Part shown: positions 21,304 to 34,539 of the stretch, one piece after another
Numbering within the stretch: the first letter of the stretch is position 1
Layout: each line of letters begins with the position of its first letter
Position numbers and translations under genes: made by a program
DNA from: Malacoraja senta
Taxonomy: Eukaryota
Length of the DNA stretch: 64,000 bases
Direction: 5' to 3'
Assembly: GCA_038087875.1 (NCBI GenBank)
Contig: CM075990.1
Location: 8,806,001-8,870,000, forward strand
The notes under the pieces: generated by a model
The model's database searches: none
What the model was told of the DNA's origin: nothing
The model's input: only the letters and a program-made list of their open reading frames with translations

Positions 21304-22365
21304 TTGGTTAAGAAGGTTCAATTGTTGGGTATTAATGGTGGAGTAGCAAGATGGATTCAACAGTGGCTGAATGGGAGATACCAGAGAGTAATGGTGGATA
21401 ACTGTTTGTCAAGTTGGAGGCCGGTGACTAGTGGAGTGCCTCAGGGATCTGTGTTGGGTCCACTGTTGTTTGTCATATACATCAATGATCTGGATGATGG
21501 TGCGGTAAATTGGATTAGTAAGTATGCAGATGATACTAAGATAGGTGGTGTTGTGGATAATGAAGTAGATTTTCAAAGTCTACAGAGAGATTTAGGCCAT
21601 TTGAAAGCGTGGGCTGAAAGATGGCAGATGGAGTTTAAGGCTGATAAGTGTGAGGTGCCACATTTTGGCAGGACAAATCAAAATAGGACATACATGGTAA
21701 ATGGTAGCGAATTGAGGAATGCAGTTGAACAGAGGGATCTAGGAATAACTGTGCATAGTTCCCTGAAGGTGCAATCTCATGTAGATAGGGTGGTAAAGAT
21801 AGCTTTTAGTGTGCTGGCCTTTATAAATCAGAGCATTGAGTATAGAAGTTGGGATGTAATGTTAAAATTGTACAAGGCATTGGTGAGGCCAATTCTGGAA
21901 TATGGTGTACAATGTTGGTCGCCACATTATAGGAAAGATGTCAACAAAATAGAGAGAGTACAGAGGAGATTTACTAGAATGTTGCCTGGGTTTCAGCACC
22001 TATGTTACAGAGAAAGGATGAACAAGATAGGTCTTTATTCTTTGGAGCGCAGAAGGTTAAGGGGGGACTTGATAGAGGTCTGTAAAATTATGAGAGGGAT
22101 AGACAGAGTTGACGTGGATAATCTTTTTCCATTGAGAGTAGGGAAGATTCAAACAAGAGGACATGATTTGAGATTTAAGGAACAAAAGTTTAGGGGTAAA
22201 ATGAGGGGGAACTTCTTTACTCAGAGAGTGGTAGCTGTGTGGAATGAGCTTCCAGTGGAAGTGGTGGAGGCAGGTTCGATTTTATCATTTAAAAATAAAC
22301 TGGATAGGTATATGGACGGGAAAGGAATGGAGGGTTATGGTCTCAGTGCAGGTAGATGGGACTAG
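21304..22365 (+). CDS. CR1 ORF2 reverse transcriptase C-terminal part (truncated element)
   Basis: VTSGVPQGSVLGPLLF, KYADDTKIG, RDLGI, LERRRLRGDLIE, WNELP. Confidence 0.85.
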   Translation: MVKKVQLLGINGGVARWIQQWLNGRYQRVMVDNCLSSWRPVTSGVPQGSVLGPLLFVIYINDLDDGAVNWISKYADDTKIGGVVDNEVDFQSLQRDLGHLKAWAERWQMEFKADKCEVPHFGRTNQNRTYMVNGSELRNAVEQRDLGITVHSSLKVQSHVDRVVKIAFSVLAFINQSIEYRSWDVMLKLYKALVRPILEYGVQCWSPHYRKDVNKIERVQRRFTRMLPGFQHLCYRERMNKIGLYSLERRRLRGDLIEVCKIMRGIDRVDVDNLFPLRVGKIQTRGHDLRFKEQKFRGKMRGNFFTQRVVAVWNELPVEVVEAGSILSFKNKLDRYMDGKGMEGYGLSAGRWD

Positions 22366-22500
22366 GTGAGAGTAAGTGTTCGGCACGGACTAGAAGGGCC
22401 AAGATGGCCTGTTTCCGTGCTGTAATTGTTATATGGTTATATGGTTATATGATGGTACGTCCTGCACTGGAATCCAAATATACACCCAACCTACTGATAT

Positions 22501-22732
22501 TGTAGCAGCACCCAGTGGTGGGGTTGGGAAGTCAGAACCCTCGTCATTGGTCGGCACTGTCACATGACCTCTGGGGTTTGTACGCGGGCTTTTAGAGAGT
22601 AATTAGTAGTTAGCGCTCCTCGCATCGACAGGAGCTGTAATCATTAGCTAGACTAGGTACGCGGTGTTACGAGCTTTTGTTGGTGTTTTTGTTAATAAAA
22701 TTATTTCGCTCAATCTGCCTGGTCTCACTACA
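22501..22732 (+). mobile_element. Solo LTR, 232 bp
   Basis: TGTAG...CTACA ends, ATAT 4-bp TSD on both sides, AATAAA near the 3' end. Confidence 0.8.
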
Positions 22733-23336
22733 ATATCCTCATTATGACCCTCCAACAAATATCTCAGCTATCATTCCTGGACAATCTTTTCCCCAATACA
22801 TCTACCTTGTGTGCTCCACCTCACCACCCTTCCAATCCATTCTCAGACACACTTCCTCTGCAACGTGCCACAGGAGGAATACTTCAGGAGGAATGCCTCA
22901 GGCTGAAAAGTCGTGTGGAATTTACAGGTCTCGAGTACGAGAGAATATTGGAGCCAGAGAACCTGGCACCAAACTTTCTTTCAGTTTAGCTATTGTTACG
23001 TGTACCAAGGTACAGTGAAACGTTTTTGTGTAGCAGTCAGCGGAAAGACAATACTTGATTACAATCCAGCCATCCACAGTGATAAGGGAATAGTATTTAG
23101 TGCACGATAAAGCCAATTAAGTTACGATCAAAGATAGACTGTGGGTCACCAATGACCAATGTAGTTCAGGACTGCTATCAAGTTGTGGTAAGGTGGTTGA
23201 GGGTTGTTGGGGACATGCCAAACTTCCTAAGCCTTCCGAGGAAGTAGAGGCATTGGTGTGCTTCTTGGTTCTTGCTTCAATGTGGGTGGTCTAGGCGAAG
23301 TTGTAAGTGATATTTTCTCATATAGGCTCCCCAAGT

Positions 23337-23630
23337 GCATGGTGGTACAGCGGTAGAGTTCCTGCCTTACAGCGCTTGCAGTGCCGGGTTCGATCCAGAC
23401 TACGGGTGCTGTCTGTACGGAGTTTGTACGTTCTCCCCGTGACCACGTGGGTTTTCTCCGAGATCTTCAGTTTCCTCCCACACTCCAAAGACAAAGGTTA
23501 ATTGGCTTGGTTAAAGTGTAAATTGTGTAGGATAGTGTTAATATGCAGAGATCGCTGGTCGGTGCGGACTTGGTGGGCCAAAGGGTTTGTTTCTGCACTG
23601 TATCTCTAAACTAAACTAAACTAAACTAAA
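23337..23630 (+). mobile_element. HE1-type tRNA-derived SINE
   Basis: A/B-box head (GGTTCGATCC), shared body, CR1-like tail, (CTAAA)n end. Confidence 0.85.
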
Positions 23631-24324
23631 AATAGCTTTACTTTACTGTGCCTGCACGGTCACAGCAGTACATGATCTATAGAGCTTCATCACAAGGTCT
23701 TCAGCATGTGAAATGTTGTGGTAAATGATTGTCTGTTGGGGAACCATTTGAAGCCCTACGGTTCCCCTTGAATCTAATGCCAAGTATTTAACCCGCACCA
23801 TTAACTCTGTTTGCCTGTCCACACCACTGCCAGACCAATAATCACTTTCCTTTAACCTCAGGTTTCACTACATTTCCTTTGCTGTTAAAGTGAGGCAGAT
23901 GCCAAGATCTGTGGCTTCCTGCAGTCAAGTGCTGCTCTCATCCAGGAATCTGGCAGTATCACGGCTCTCTGGCACCTGGTTCCGTTAAGAAAACACAGCA
24001 CGAGCTGCAAGTGCATTGAATCAGAGCTGGGTCCAAAATACTTCCCTGCCAAAACACTTGCCTTTCCACCAGCTGAGGTGTAGGGTGAGACACCACACAA
24101 TGTGATGGAATGCTCTGATTTTCCAATACTTCTCTCTCTGCAGATGGTCTCCTGCTTCAGTCTAATCTGCCATCAAAAGTCCCTCCTTATAAAAACAGCC
24201 ATTAATCCCCCTGGCCTCAAACCTGCCCATCCCCTTTTCTCTCTGCAGTTCTTGAACATCTTGTATCCTCCCAAATCCATGCCCTTTGTGCTCAGTACGC
24301 CTTGTTTGAATACTTCCAGTTAGT

Positions 24325-24580
24325 GTTTAGTCTAGTGAAATAAGGCCCTTTGACCCATCGAATCCGTGCCGACAAGCGATCCCTGTATACTAGTACTATC
24401 CTTCACACCGGGGAATATTTTAAATCTTTACCGAAGCCAATTAACTTACAAACCTGTTTTTGGTGTGTGGGAGGAAACTGGAGCACTCAGAGAAAACCCA
24501 CATGGTCACAGGGCGAATGTACAAACTCCATGCAGACAGCACCCGTAGTCAGTATCGAACCCATGTCTCTGACGCTTTAA
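24325..24580 (-). mobile_element. HE1-type SINE (decayed)
   Basis: Reverse complement of the family body. Confidence 0.75.
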
Positions 24581-24775
24581 GGTAGAGTGGCAAACCTCCT
24601 CTAGGAGAGAGCAGCCACCAGGAGTGCAGGCAAGTCTGTAGTTGACAGGGGTGGTGGTGGGGGGGGGCTGGTGAAGAGGGGCAATCAAGAGAATGGGGCT
24701 GGGTAGAGGGAATGGGAGCGGGGGGAGGGATGGGGGAGACTGAAGGAAATACAGAGGTAGGTAGACACTGAATGA

Positions 24776-25220
24776 TCGCGTACTCGAGGCCTCAGCTACG
24801 TTGCGGCGTATTGTTCAACATGTTGAAAAATGCCTACAATTAAAAAAAGGTCGCCATGGAAAAAAACCAAAATACTTTGTTTACTCGTAGGTTTAGTCGA
24901 AGTAGGTCGGCATGTTATTCGTAGATAATCTAGGGTAATCGAAGGTAATCGAGGGTAGTCGAAGGTAGTCGTAGATAGTCTTCAACATAGTCAAAGGGAA
25001 GTCGAAGGAGATCGAAGAAGATCGAAGAAGGTCGTCTTCACTCTCCACTATTCGGTGTCCAATTTTCCCGAAGGTAGTCCAAGCTGGTCTTCAACATAGT
25101 CGAAGGAGGTCGAAGGAGGTCTTCAACATAGTCAAGGAGGTCTTCAACATGACATTTTTTCAAACTCTCCTAAACTCTTCTAAACTCGCCAATTAGGTCG
25201 CCGCAGTGGGACAGCCCCTT
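24776..25220. mobile_element. Harbinger-type MITE, right-hand part (second family), with TCGAAGG-like subterminal repeats
   Basis: Ends TCGCCAATTAGGTCGCCGCAGTGGGACAGCCCCT-TAA; overlaps in sequence with the left part at 60494-60717. Confidence 0.7.
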
Positions 25221-26054
25221 AACAGAATTCACAGAAGATAGACACAAAATGCTGGAGTAACTCAGTGGGACAGGCAGCATCTCTGAAGAGAAGGAATGGG
25301 TGACTTTTCAGGTCAAGACCCTTCTTCAGACACAGGAGCTGCCGTTCTCTACAGGGGTTCCCTGAGAAGAACAATATGTTCCAATGTTCATTTGAATCTT
25401 CATTGCATTAGAGAGTTGCGATGAATGTGAGTTGTTGGTTGTGTCGGCCGATTTTTCAAGCTGGATTTATTCAGCGAGTCAGACTCCAGCTGTGAAGAAA
25501 GTAAACAGAGTTAACATTTCAGGTCGATGACCTTTCATCAGGGCTGCCAGCATCCACAGTCTCTTTGCTTCTGGAGCCTCTCAGGCTGGTTTCCCTCATG
25601 TAATTTGGCAGCACAACATGTCACATTTAGCATGTTTCCCTCCAGTCACATTTTCTTCACTGCTGCCAGAACACCCTTCAGTGTGCACCTACTCATTTTT
25701 CAGCTACAATATAACTGCCTTGGCTTCAGCATACTTGGGCTGAGGCCACAAATTCAGAACAAGACAAATCTAACTACGTCCAATATCAAAGGAGAGTTAC
25801 TGATTTGTAATCAATTGCTAAAAGCATAACCATTGCATTTCTGTAGTGGCAATGAATGTAAGTTGAGGTTGGTATATTAGTGGATGTCTTGGAGAATCCT
25901 GTTGATAATCTTAGTTGGGCAATCAGTATTTCTTAACATTGAATTGAAAATGTTAAACTTTTGAGGTCTAAGATGAGAGAGTTGATGGGAGATGTCACAG
26001 CAACTGTGGGCCTTAACACATCAAACTTTGCACCTCTTTCATGTGGGATCAGTG

Positions 26055-26485
26055 GACTGCTCACTGGAGTTTAGAAGAATGAGGAGGGACCTCATTGAAA
26101 CTTACCGAATAGTGAGAGGCCTGGATAGAATGGATGTGGAAAAGATGTTTCCACTAGTGGGAGAGCCTAGGACCAGAGGAGATAGCCTCAGAATTAAAGG
26201 ACATTCCTTTAGGAAGGAGATGAGAAGGAATTTCTTTAGTCAGATGGTGGTGAATCTGTGGAATTCATTGCCACAGAAGGCTAAGGAGGACAATTCAATG
26301 GATATTTTCAAGGCAGACATGGATAGATTCGTGATTAGTACGGGTGTCAGGGGTTATGGGGAAAAGGCAGGAGAATGCGGTTAGGTGGGAGAGATATATC
26401 AGCCATAATTGAATGGCGGAGTAGACTTGATGGGCCGAATGGCCTAATTATGTTCCACTCACTTATTAACTATGAACTATGAATC
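26055..26485 (+). mobile_element. CR1 LINE 3' fragment
   Basis: SLEFRRMRRDLIETY...WNSLP translation; (CTATGAA)n-like tail. Confidence 0.85.
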
Positions 26486-28245
26486 ATTGCATGACTGCAC
26501 CACCACCACCCAGCACAGAACCATGCCATCATTTGCCCCTTTTAACAGACTAATTTGCTTATTGGGTTTGTGCTTAGGTATGGCAATACTCTACTGAACT
26601 GTTTGTAAGAAAATAATTTCACTGTGAGTCTGTACTGCACACATGACAATAAAAGCAATATTGAACCATTAACGTGAGAAAAAAATAAAGAGCTGGGGGA
26701 ACACAGCCGGTCAGATTATAGAGTCATAGTCATAGAGCGATACAGTGTGGAAATAGGCCCATTGGACAACTTGCCCACACCAGCCATTATGTCCCAGCTA
26801 CACTAGAATCACCTACCTGCATTTGGTCCATATCCCTCCACACCTGTCTTATCCAAGTTGGACATCTGTGGAGGGAATATTTGTGGAGGGAGTAGACAGG
26901 CAGCATTTTCAAGTCGAGACCCTTCTTCAGACAGTTCCCGTTTAAGCCAAGACATTGTCTGTCCATTCCAAGTCATCAGGGACCAGCCTCACATGATTCA
27001 GGGATAAACAGAAAATACTGGAAACACTCAGCCGGAAAGGCAGCATCTGTGGGAAATTAAAATGTTTCAGATCCAAGGCTCTTTGTTAGAAGTAGAAAAC
27101 AAAGAAAACAAGTCATAGCTGTGGCATTAACTTGGTTTATTTTTTCCTCCAATGATGACTGACTTAGTGAGTACTTCCAGTATTTTATTTATCCATTCCA
27201 GATTCCCAGCACCTGTAGTGATTTCCTGTTATTTCCTGTCATTTGGGGTTTGTCTTCATCTCAACCTGGCTCTTGAGGTTGAAGTGTGTTGGAAGGAACT
27301 GCAGATGCTGGTTTACACTGAAGATAGACACAAAATGCTGGAGTAACCCAGCGGGACAGAAGGAATGGGTGATGTTTCTGGTCGAAGGAGGGCCCTTCTT
27401 GCTGAGTTACCCCAACATGTTGTGTCGATTCTCGAGGTTGAAAGGGTGGCGGGGCAGGTTATTAGCATTGTCTACCTAGGCCCCAGGTGGAGATCCAGGC
27501 CATTGCTGACACTCATGACTGCGCCAACACCTTCCAGCACAACAACATGCCTACATTTGCCCCATGGTTTGCCTGACTGCTCCTTCAGTTTATCCCAATA
27601 CTGGCCAACTTACCCTAAGGACCTCTCATGGGTCATCAAGAAGATTGTGCAGATTTGAAAAGGAAAGAGCAGCGTTTCAGTAGTCAGGCTGCAACCCCTG
27701 TGATGTAGTGAGGGAACATCTAGACCTACGTAAAAGGCAATTGTTCAAAATCGATCCAATTTCCAGGCTTTTAATTCTCTTTCTGGAACATATTCAAATG
27801 TAAATGCTTTCAATCAGAATGTTAGCAAGGTTAAATAAGTGAGATCCTAGTTAATTGAATTGACTCCACATTTCAGTATAACTGCTTAAATAATCTGTGT
27901 CTAACTAATTACATCCATGTCTATAGATTACTACTTGCAGAAAGAGAAGCAATAACTTAAAAATTCTTACTCCAGAGCTATGACATACAGGTTGTTAGGT
28001 TAATTGGCCATTTCATATTGCTCCAAGAGAGGTAGAATCTGGGGAGCTGGGTGAATAAATTTGGATTTGTGCAAGATTATGCAAGTGGATGCTTAAAGGA
28101 CAGCATGAATGTAATGGGCCGAATGGCCTGTTTCCATGTTTTGTGACTATGACATTATGGCATGAAGAAAGCCACTCAAAACTCCCTGTTCACTCTTCAG
28201 ATGATGAGTGATTTGCTCTACATTCCCTCTTCAGAGCAGGGCGAT

Positions 28246-28477
28246 TTAAGTTTAGTTTAGTTTAGTTTACTTTAGAGATACAGTGCGGAAACAGAACCTT
28301 CGGTCCACCAAGTCCGCGCCGACCAGCGATCCCCGCACATTAATACTACCCTACACGCACTAGAGACAATTTATACTTATACCAAGCCAATCAACCTACA
28401 AACCTGTACGTCTTTTGAGTGTGGGAGGAAACCGAAGATCTCGGAGAAAACCCATGCAGGTCACGGGGAGAACGTAC
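28246..28477 (-). mobile_element. HE1-type SINE (5'-truncated)
   Basis: (TTTAG)n end plus family body. Confidence 0.8.
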
Positions 28478-28684
28478 ACCATCTTGAAGCCGTGGAAGGA
28501 AGCACCGATTCAGGACTTACCTGGACTTACCTTGTCTGCACATCTGGCAGCCCGCAACGGCGACTGTGAAGGGTTGTGGTCCCGACCACGGGGGGGAAAT
28601 GGAGAAGGTCTGACCAAACTTTGTGCCTTCCCCCACAGTGATGAATGCTGTGGTGGATATGTTGTGTTAAATGTTTATTGTGTA

Positions 28685-29750
28685 CTAGACTAAGTGGGAG
28701 GGCTGGTCCCCCAACGCAATATTCCACCTCTCCACCAATTCCAATATTGGTGGGCAGTGGGGGGGGCTTTCTGGAGTGCTAGTATGGGTGTTGTGGGCTG
28801 AAGGGACTGGTTTCCAGAGGGCTAGTATGGACATTGTGGGCTGAATGGATTCTTGGGCTGGCGGCTCAGTCACTCAAGCCTGTTGCGCTGGCTGCTCACT
28901 CACTCACGGCTGGTGGGCTGGCAGTTGACTCATAGCTATTCCTTGAAATTCCATTTCAAGCAGGGTGCAAGGTCACCAAATCCAAGTGCAGTTTCATACC
29001 ATTTCAAGCAGGGTGCAAGGCCACTAAACACAGTGAGTCATGACCTCTCCCTCCTCCGACTGAGCCCACACTTCTGGGTTTTATAGTCCCTCCCCCTGAG
29101 CGGAGCGGGACTGAGTAAGATGGCCAAAAATCACAGCCGACCGTGGTAGCGTTTTTTCTAAAATCAATATAAAGCGCAAACAGGAAGTGGTCAAGATTGG
29201 ACTTTTAATTATATAGAAGGCAAGGCAACTTTAATTAGGCAAGGCAGCTCTAATTAGGCAACACAGCTTTAACATTTCCAAACCAAAGGCAACTTTAATT
29301 AGGCAACACAGCTTTAACATTTCCAAACCAAAGGCAACACAGCTTTAGCATTTCCAAACTATATTTTCAAACCACATTAAGGGCACTGACAGGTCAGTAA
29401 AACCACTCACAGTTTATTAGACATGTGTTGAGTGTTATTTACAGCTCGGACTGAGAGACGTGACCCTCTCTCTCCCCCATCTTGCAGAGACTGACTGAGG
29501 CACTCAACACTTCCGGGTTTTATAGTCCCTCCGGAAGGGGCGTGGCCTTCAGGAGAGAGAATCTCAACATTTTTTAAACACTAATAACTCTTTTATTTTT
29601 CATCGATGGGAAAAATCCTTTTGTCCTGCGCAGCGGAGGGGGACTCTGAGTAAGATGGCCAAAATCACAGCCGTAAGTGGCAGCGTTTTTTCTAAAATCA
29701 ATATGCAGAACAACAGGAAGTGGTCAAGATCAGACTTTTAGTAATATAGA
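28685..29750 (-). mobile_element. Non-autonomous Helitron, 1066 bp, with a second internal 5' terminus at ~29217
   Basis: Minus strand starts TCTATATTAC, ends with a short GC hairpin + CTAG; inserted between A and T with no TSD. Confidence 0.8.
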
Positions 29751-30282
29751 TTGTGTGTTCTTTATTATTGTACCGCTGCTGGCAAGTTCATTTCACTGCA
29801 CTTCATGTGCACGTGATGAATAAATCTGACTTGACTTGACTGACTTGACTTGACTTGACTTGTACAAATTCCGTACAGACAGCAGACATAGTCAGGATCG
29901 AAATTGGATCTCCAGCCCTGCAATTGCTGTAAGTCAGAAACTCTATCGCTGCACCGCCATGCGGTCCATTTGCCTCCACGCGTCTGTTGCCACAAAAGTC
30001 CCTATTTTATAACCAATACTCTCATAGAGATGCTCAATTCCACGTAAGAATGGATGCTCTGATAAGACAGGTGCATGGATAGGACAGGTTTGGAGAGATA
30101 TGGGCCAGACGCAGGCAGGTGGGACTAGTGTAGCTGGGACATGTTGGCCAGTGCGGGCAAGTTGGGTCGTAGGGTCTGTTTCCACGCTGTATCATTCTAT
30201 GACTGTATGACTCTAAGACATTTTATGTATAGCTGAGTTGATCACATATTCCCCTGACTGCTTTAATGTTAATTAACTCATG

Positions 30283-30610
30283 CCTGGATAGAGTGGATGT
30301 GGAGAGGATGTCTCCACTAGTGAGAGAGTCTAGTGCAGAGGACACAGCTTCAGATTAAACGGGCATAACTTTAGAAAGGAGATGAGGAGGAATTTCTTTG
30401 GTCAGAGGGTGGTGAATCCATGGAGGCCAAGTCAATGGGTATTATTAAAGCAGAGAGTGACAGGTTCTTGATTAAAAGGGTATCAATGGTTATGGGGAGA
30501 AGACATGAGTATGGGGTTGAGAGAGAAAGATAGATCAGACATAATTGAATGGATGATGAGACAGACTGAATAACCTAATTCTGCTCCTATAATCTATGAA
30601 CTATCAACCT
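30283..30610 (+). mobile_element. CR1 LINE 3' fragment
   Basis: Similar to 26120-26480. Confidence 0.75.
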
Positions 30611-30844
30611 ATCCATGAAAACACATAAGATTGCAGATGCTGGAATTATGAGTAAAAAAAAACAAAGTGCTGGAGGAACACAACGGGTCAGGCTGTGACT
30701 GTGCAGGGAAATGAACAAAGACTTTTCCAGTCGGGACCTTTTAACCCAAAACGTCATCCTGCCACTGATGCTGCCTGACCCGCTGAGTTCTTCCAGCACT
30801 TTGTTCTTTTGCTCATGCCTATACTATTTCCCAGGCTCTCCAGT

Positions 30845-31115
30845 GTTTAGCTTAGTTCATTTTAGAGATATAGCACAGAAACAGGCCCTTTGGCCAACCG
30901 AGTCCTCGCCAACCAGCAATCCCGAGACACTAGCGCTATCCTTCACATTAGGGTTCATTTACATTTTTTACCAAAGTCAATTAATCTTCACCCGGAGAAC
31001 CCGGAGAAAACCCACGCGGCCACAGGGGGAATATACAAACTCCGTACAGCAGCACCTGTAGTCAGGATCGAACCTGGCACTGTAAGGCAGAAACTCTACC
31101 TCTGCGCCACCGTGC
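30845..31115 (-). mobile_element. HE1-type SINE with internal deletion
   Basis: Family body on the minus strand. Confidence 0.75.
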
Positions 31116-32924
31116 TGCTCGTGCTAAGGCCAAAGTAACTCTAGGAGTATTAAACAGGAGAGAGGGGCTGACCCTGGCTGAAGGGGTGACTGATTCCACC
31201 TCTGAGCTTGACACGTCATCAGTAACCTCATAAAGATGTCCTCATCGGTATTTCTAGCAGGTCTGGAACAGATTGCACGAAAATCATGTTCGCAATCTCA
31301 ATGTAATAAACCCTCAGGGAGGGATCTCTGGTGTTGGCTGTACATTGCCCAGGTGGTAAAAATGATATGAGCGTGAGACAAACACAGCATGACCAGTGAA
31401 ATCATCCCCTCTCCAACATCCAGTGAAGCTCGTGGAAAAATAGGATGGGAAGAAATAATGATTCATTTCAGACATTTAAACCGAATAAAACAAGCATACA
31501 TACTATAATATTAAACTGTCTTCTTAGCCCTTAGCACTGACTCACAAAGTTAAATACTCTATAATTTAATCTCCCAGATACTGTATGTACAGCCAATAAG
31601 CAAATTGCAGTATACATTTTAATTGCCTCCAATTAGTTTTAAATTGTATTCTCCCAAAGAATGGAAAAAGAGGAAAACAATTTGGTTTAAATTGTGTTTG
31701 CAATTAAAATCACTTTTAATATATTGGTTATGCAGTCATACATCATTTGAATGGTGCAGCAGCAAGCTCTTGCTGTAATCTGAAGCCGACATTAACTATT
31801 AATAAAAATCAGTAAATAGATGGTAATAGATGGCTGAAAATGAATTACAAGCTAGTAATGTAAGCAAAGGGTTGTGAGGGCAATGTATCATGAATAATGG
31901 GCACCTGTGACTGATTGCAAGGTTGGAATCTGATTCAGAGCAGGAGATATTTAACAGAATAATCTACAGCTGAGAGTGAATGTTAGGGCCCACTGAGTTC
32001 GACGTGATGTGTGTGCTATCAGCACACATCAGCAAAACACAATCCTCGATAAGATTCATTGCCTGGTGCCTGTTTTTCCTTTCAGCAATTCTCCTCAGTT
32101 TAGGTCGGAAGGGGGCTCAGTGATTCAGACCACAGTGCATGACTCCAGAAACCTGAGGTCACTCTGATGATTCTCTGCTTGTTGGGCTGCGGTCTTACTG
32201 AGTGTTGAGCCACAACATGGTCCTCTGTTGAGGCAGGACACTCCTCCGACATTATCGATGGCCTGGATATAGACAAGGTGACATTCCTTTGGTAAAAAGC
32301 ACCTGGTGAAGGAAAGGAAACTACTTAAACTGAACAGAAGTTTTTTTTTAATCTGCAGTAAAAACAGACAAAGCTTGAATAACACAACAGGTCGGGCAGC
32401 ATCTGTGGATGCAGAGTTAGTGTTTCAGGCCTTTGTCAGAACTGGGGGAAGAAAGGGAGAACAAGCTAGCTTTAGGTTGTAGAGAGGGTAGGGGAAGGGC
32501 GGATAGGACACAGGATATATCCGTCTTTCTGCTGACTAGATGGCATGCAACAAAAGCTTTTCACTGTACTTCAGTACACATGACAATAGACTAAGCTAAA
32601 TGAAACTATGTCTACAGGGTTGCCATGAGGATGAACTGTTGATTGCACATCTGGTTGATAGATTAATGCGAAGTTAGAGGGATGGAGAAAAAAATCAACA
32701 GAACATGTAAAAGCTGTAAAACGCTGGTCAGATCTGGACTTATCAGGAAAAACCCAGAGAGAAAGAGAAACTGGGTGAATACATGATAAGGGAATAATGT
32801 TTAATGCAGGGTTAAGCCAGCTAAGTCTGACTAAGGATAGTCCGAGGGTCATCAAAGAGGTAAATAACCTTTTCTGTTCTTACGGGCAGATTTTCAGCAT
32901 CTGGACTTTCAACTACTGAAATAT

Positions 32925-34256
32925 CCACATGTTTATAGTTGGTATTGGAGCATTTTTCAAGAATTTTAGGATTAACTTTTTTCCGGTTATTAACCCATAG
33001 TCTATTAATTTCTTTTGGAACACATTTAGTTCTGGACTATCTTCCGTTATTCCGAAGATAATCCATTCTGCTTTGGGTATCAGTTTAATTTTAAATAATT
33101 TTGTAAAGATTTCAAAAATTTCAATCAAAATTTTTTGAATTTTTGTACAGAAAACAAATGAGTGCGCTATAGTAGCTTCTTGAGATTGACATTTATCACA
33201 AATTGATGATACATTTGGGAAAATGTTAATGATTTTAGTTTTAGAATAATATAATCTATGTAAAATTTTAAATTGTATTAAAGTGTGTCTTACATTAATC
33301 GAACATTTATGCACGTTTAATAAATGTTCATTCCACCTTTCCTTTGAGATTTTAATAGCTAATTCTTGTTCCCAGTCTCTTCTAATACCTTCCGTAGATG
33401 GTATTTCTATATTTAAAATAATATTATACAAATATGATATTAAGTTTGCTGATTCAACTTTTATCTGCATTGCTTCATCCAATACATCTGTTGAGGTATT
33501 ATGATGATCTTTTGTATATTTTTTCAAATAGTCACATATTTGAAAATATTTTAAACATTGATTATTTCCGAGTTTATATTTTATTTGTAATTGTTGGAAT
33601 GATAGTAATTTTCCAGTTTCGTACAAGTCACCGAACGTTTTAATTCCTAGTCTATCCCATTGTATGAAAGATTTGTCTGCAATAGAGTGGATTAAATGAA
33701 GGGTTATTAATTATGGGAGATATTATGTGGATTTCAAATATGTTTGAAACATTACACCTAGAAGAAATAAGACTCCTCCTGGCAGGTAAGACTCCTCCTG
33801 GCACTTCCACCTGACATGGTCTGCATTTATAGAATTATTACAAGTATAGGGTGCAAAAGTACTAAAAAAAAAACTGAGGTCAGGTAAGGGGGGATGAAAG
33901 CTGGAGAGTTGGTATGTCCCATTTGCGTGATGCTTACAAAAAAGTATTGGTTTTTCTCCTTTCCCTCTTTCTCTTTTTTCTTCTTTTTTAGGGTCTATTT
34001 CTTAACTCTTTCCTTTTGTTTTTAATTTCTTTCTTATAGGGACTTTGTCTTTTGTTTTTGTTTTTTTTGTTGTTACGTTTTTTACACCTTCACTTTTTTC
34101 CTTCACTTTCTCCTTTCTCTCAATCTTATCCTTTCCCTTTATTAGTGTAGAAAATAAACGGAGTACATTAATTGTAATAAGATATATGTGATGAGTACTA
34201 GTGTAATTGGTTGTAATGTAATGTACTAATAAATAAAAAAATAAAAAATTAAAAAA
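32925..34256 (+). mobile_element. L1-clade LINE, 5'-truncated, with 5' inversion (32925-~33721 minus; ~33724-34256 plus)
   Basis: Minus ORF 32913-33626 homologous to ORF 33-704; plus part resumes at MWISNMFETL; 15-bp TSD CAACTAYTGAAATAT at 32910-32924 and 34257-34271. Confidence 0.92.
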
Positions 34257-34539
34257 CAACTATTGAAATATGTCTGCAAAGTGATCACACAATTTGCAGT
34301 TGGTTTCTCTTATGTACTTTAGCACAGACTGCATCATTTGGTGGGATTAGTGGAGAAGTTCTTGTTTCAGTACTGTTCACGTCCGCACCTTTAGCTCATT
34401 TTCCAGTATGGCAACATCTGTATAGGAGCTGCTTGCAGCTTTCATTCAAAACCAAAAAAAACATTCATTTGATTGACAATTTCTATCCTGCTTCTCACCC
34501 TCGCATACTCCGCCTCTGATTTGCCCTTAGCGCTCTGGA

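Larger units (their letters stand above)
20678..22452 (+). mobile_element. 5'-truncated CR1 LINE (RT domain to 3' tail), interrupted by a MITE at 20734-21272
   Basis: DVVYMDISK|AFDKVPH rejoins across the MITE; SGVPQGSVLGP, YADD; (TTATATGG)n tail. Confidence 0.93.
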
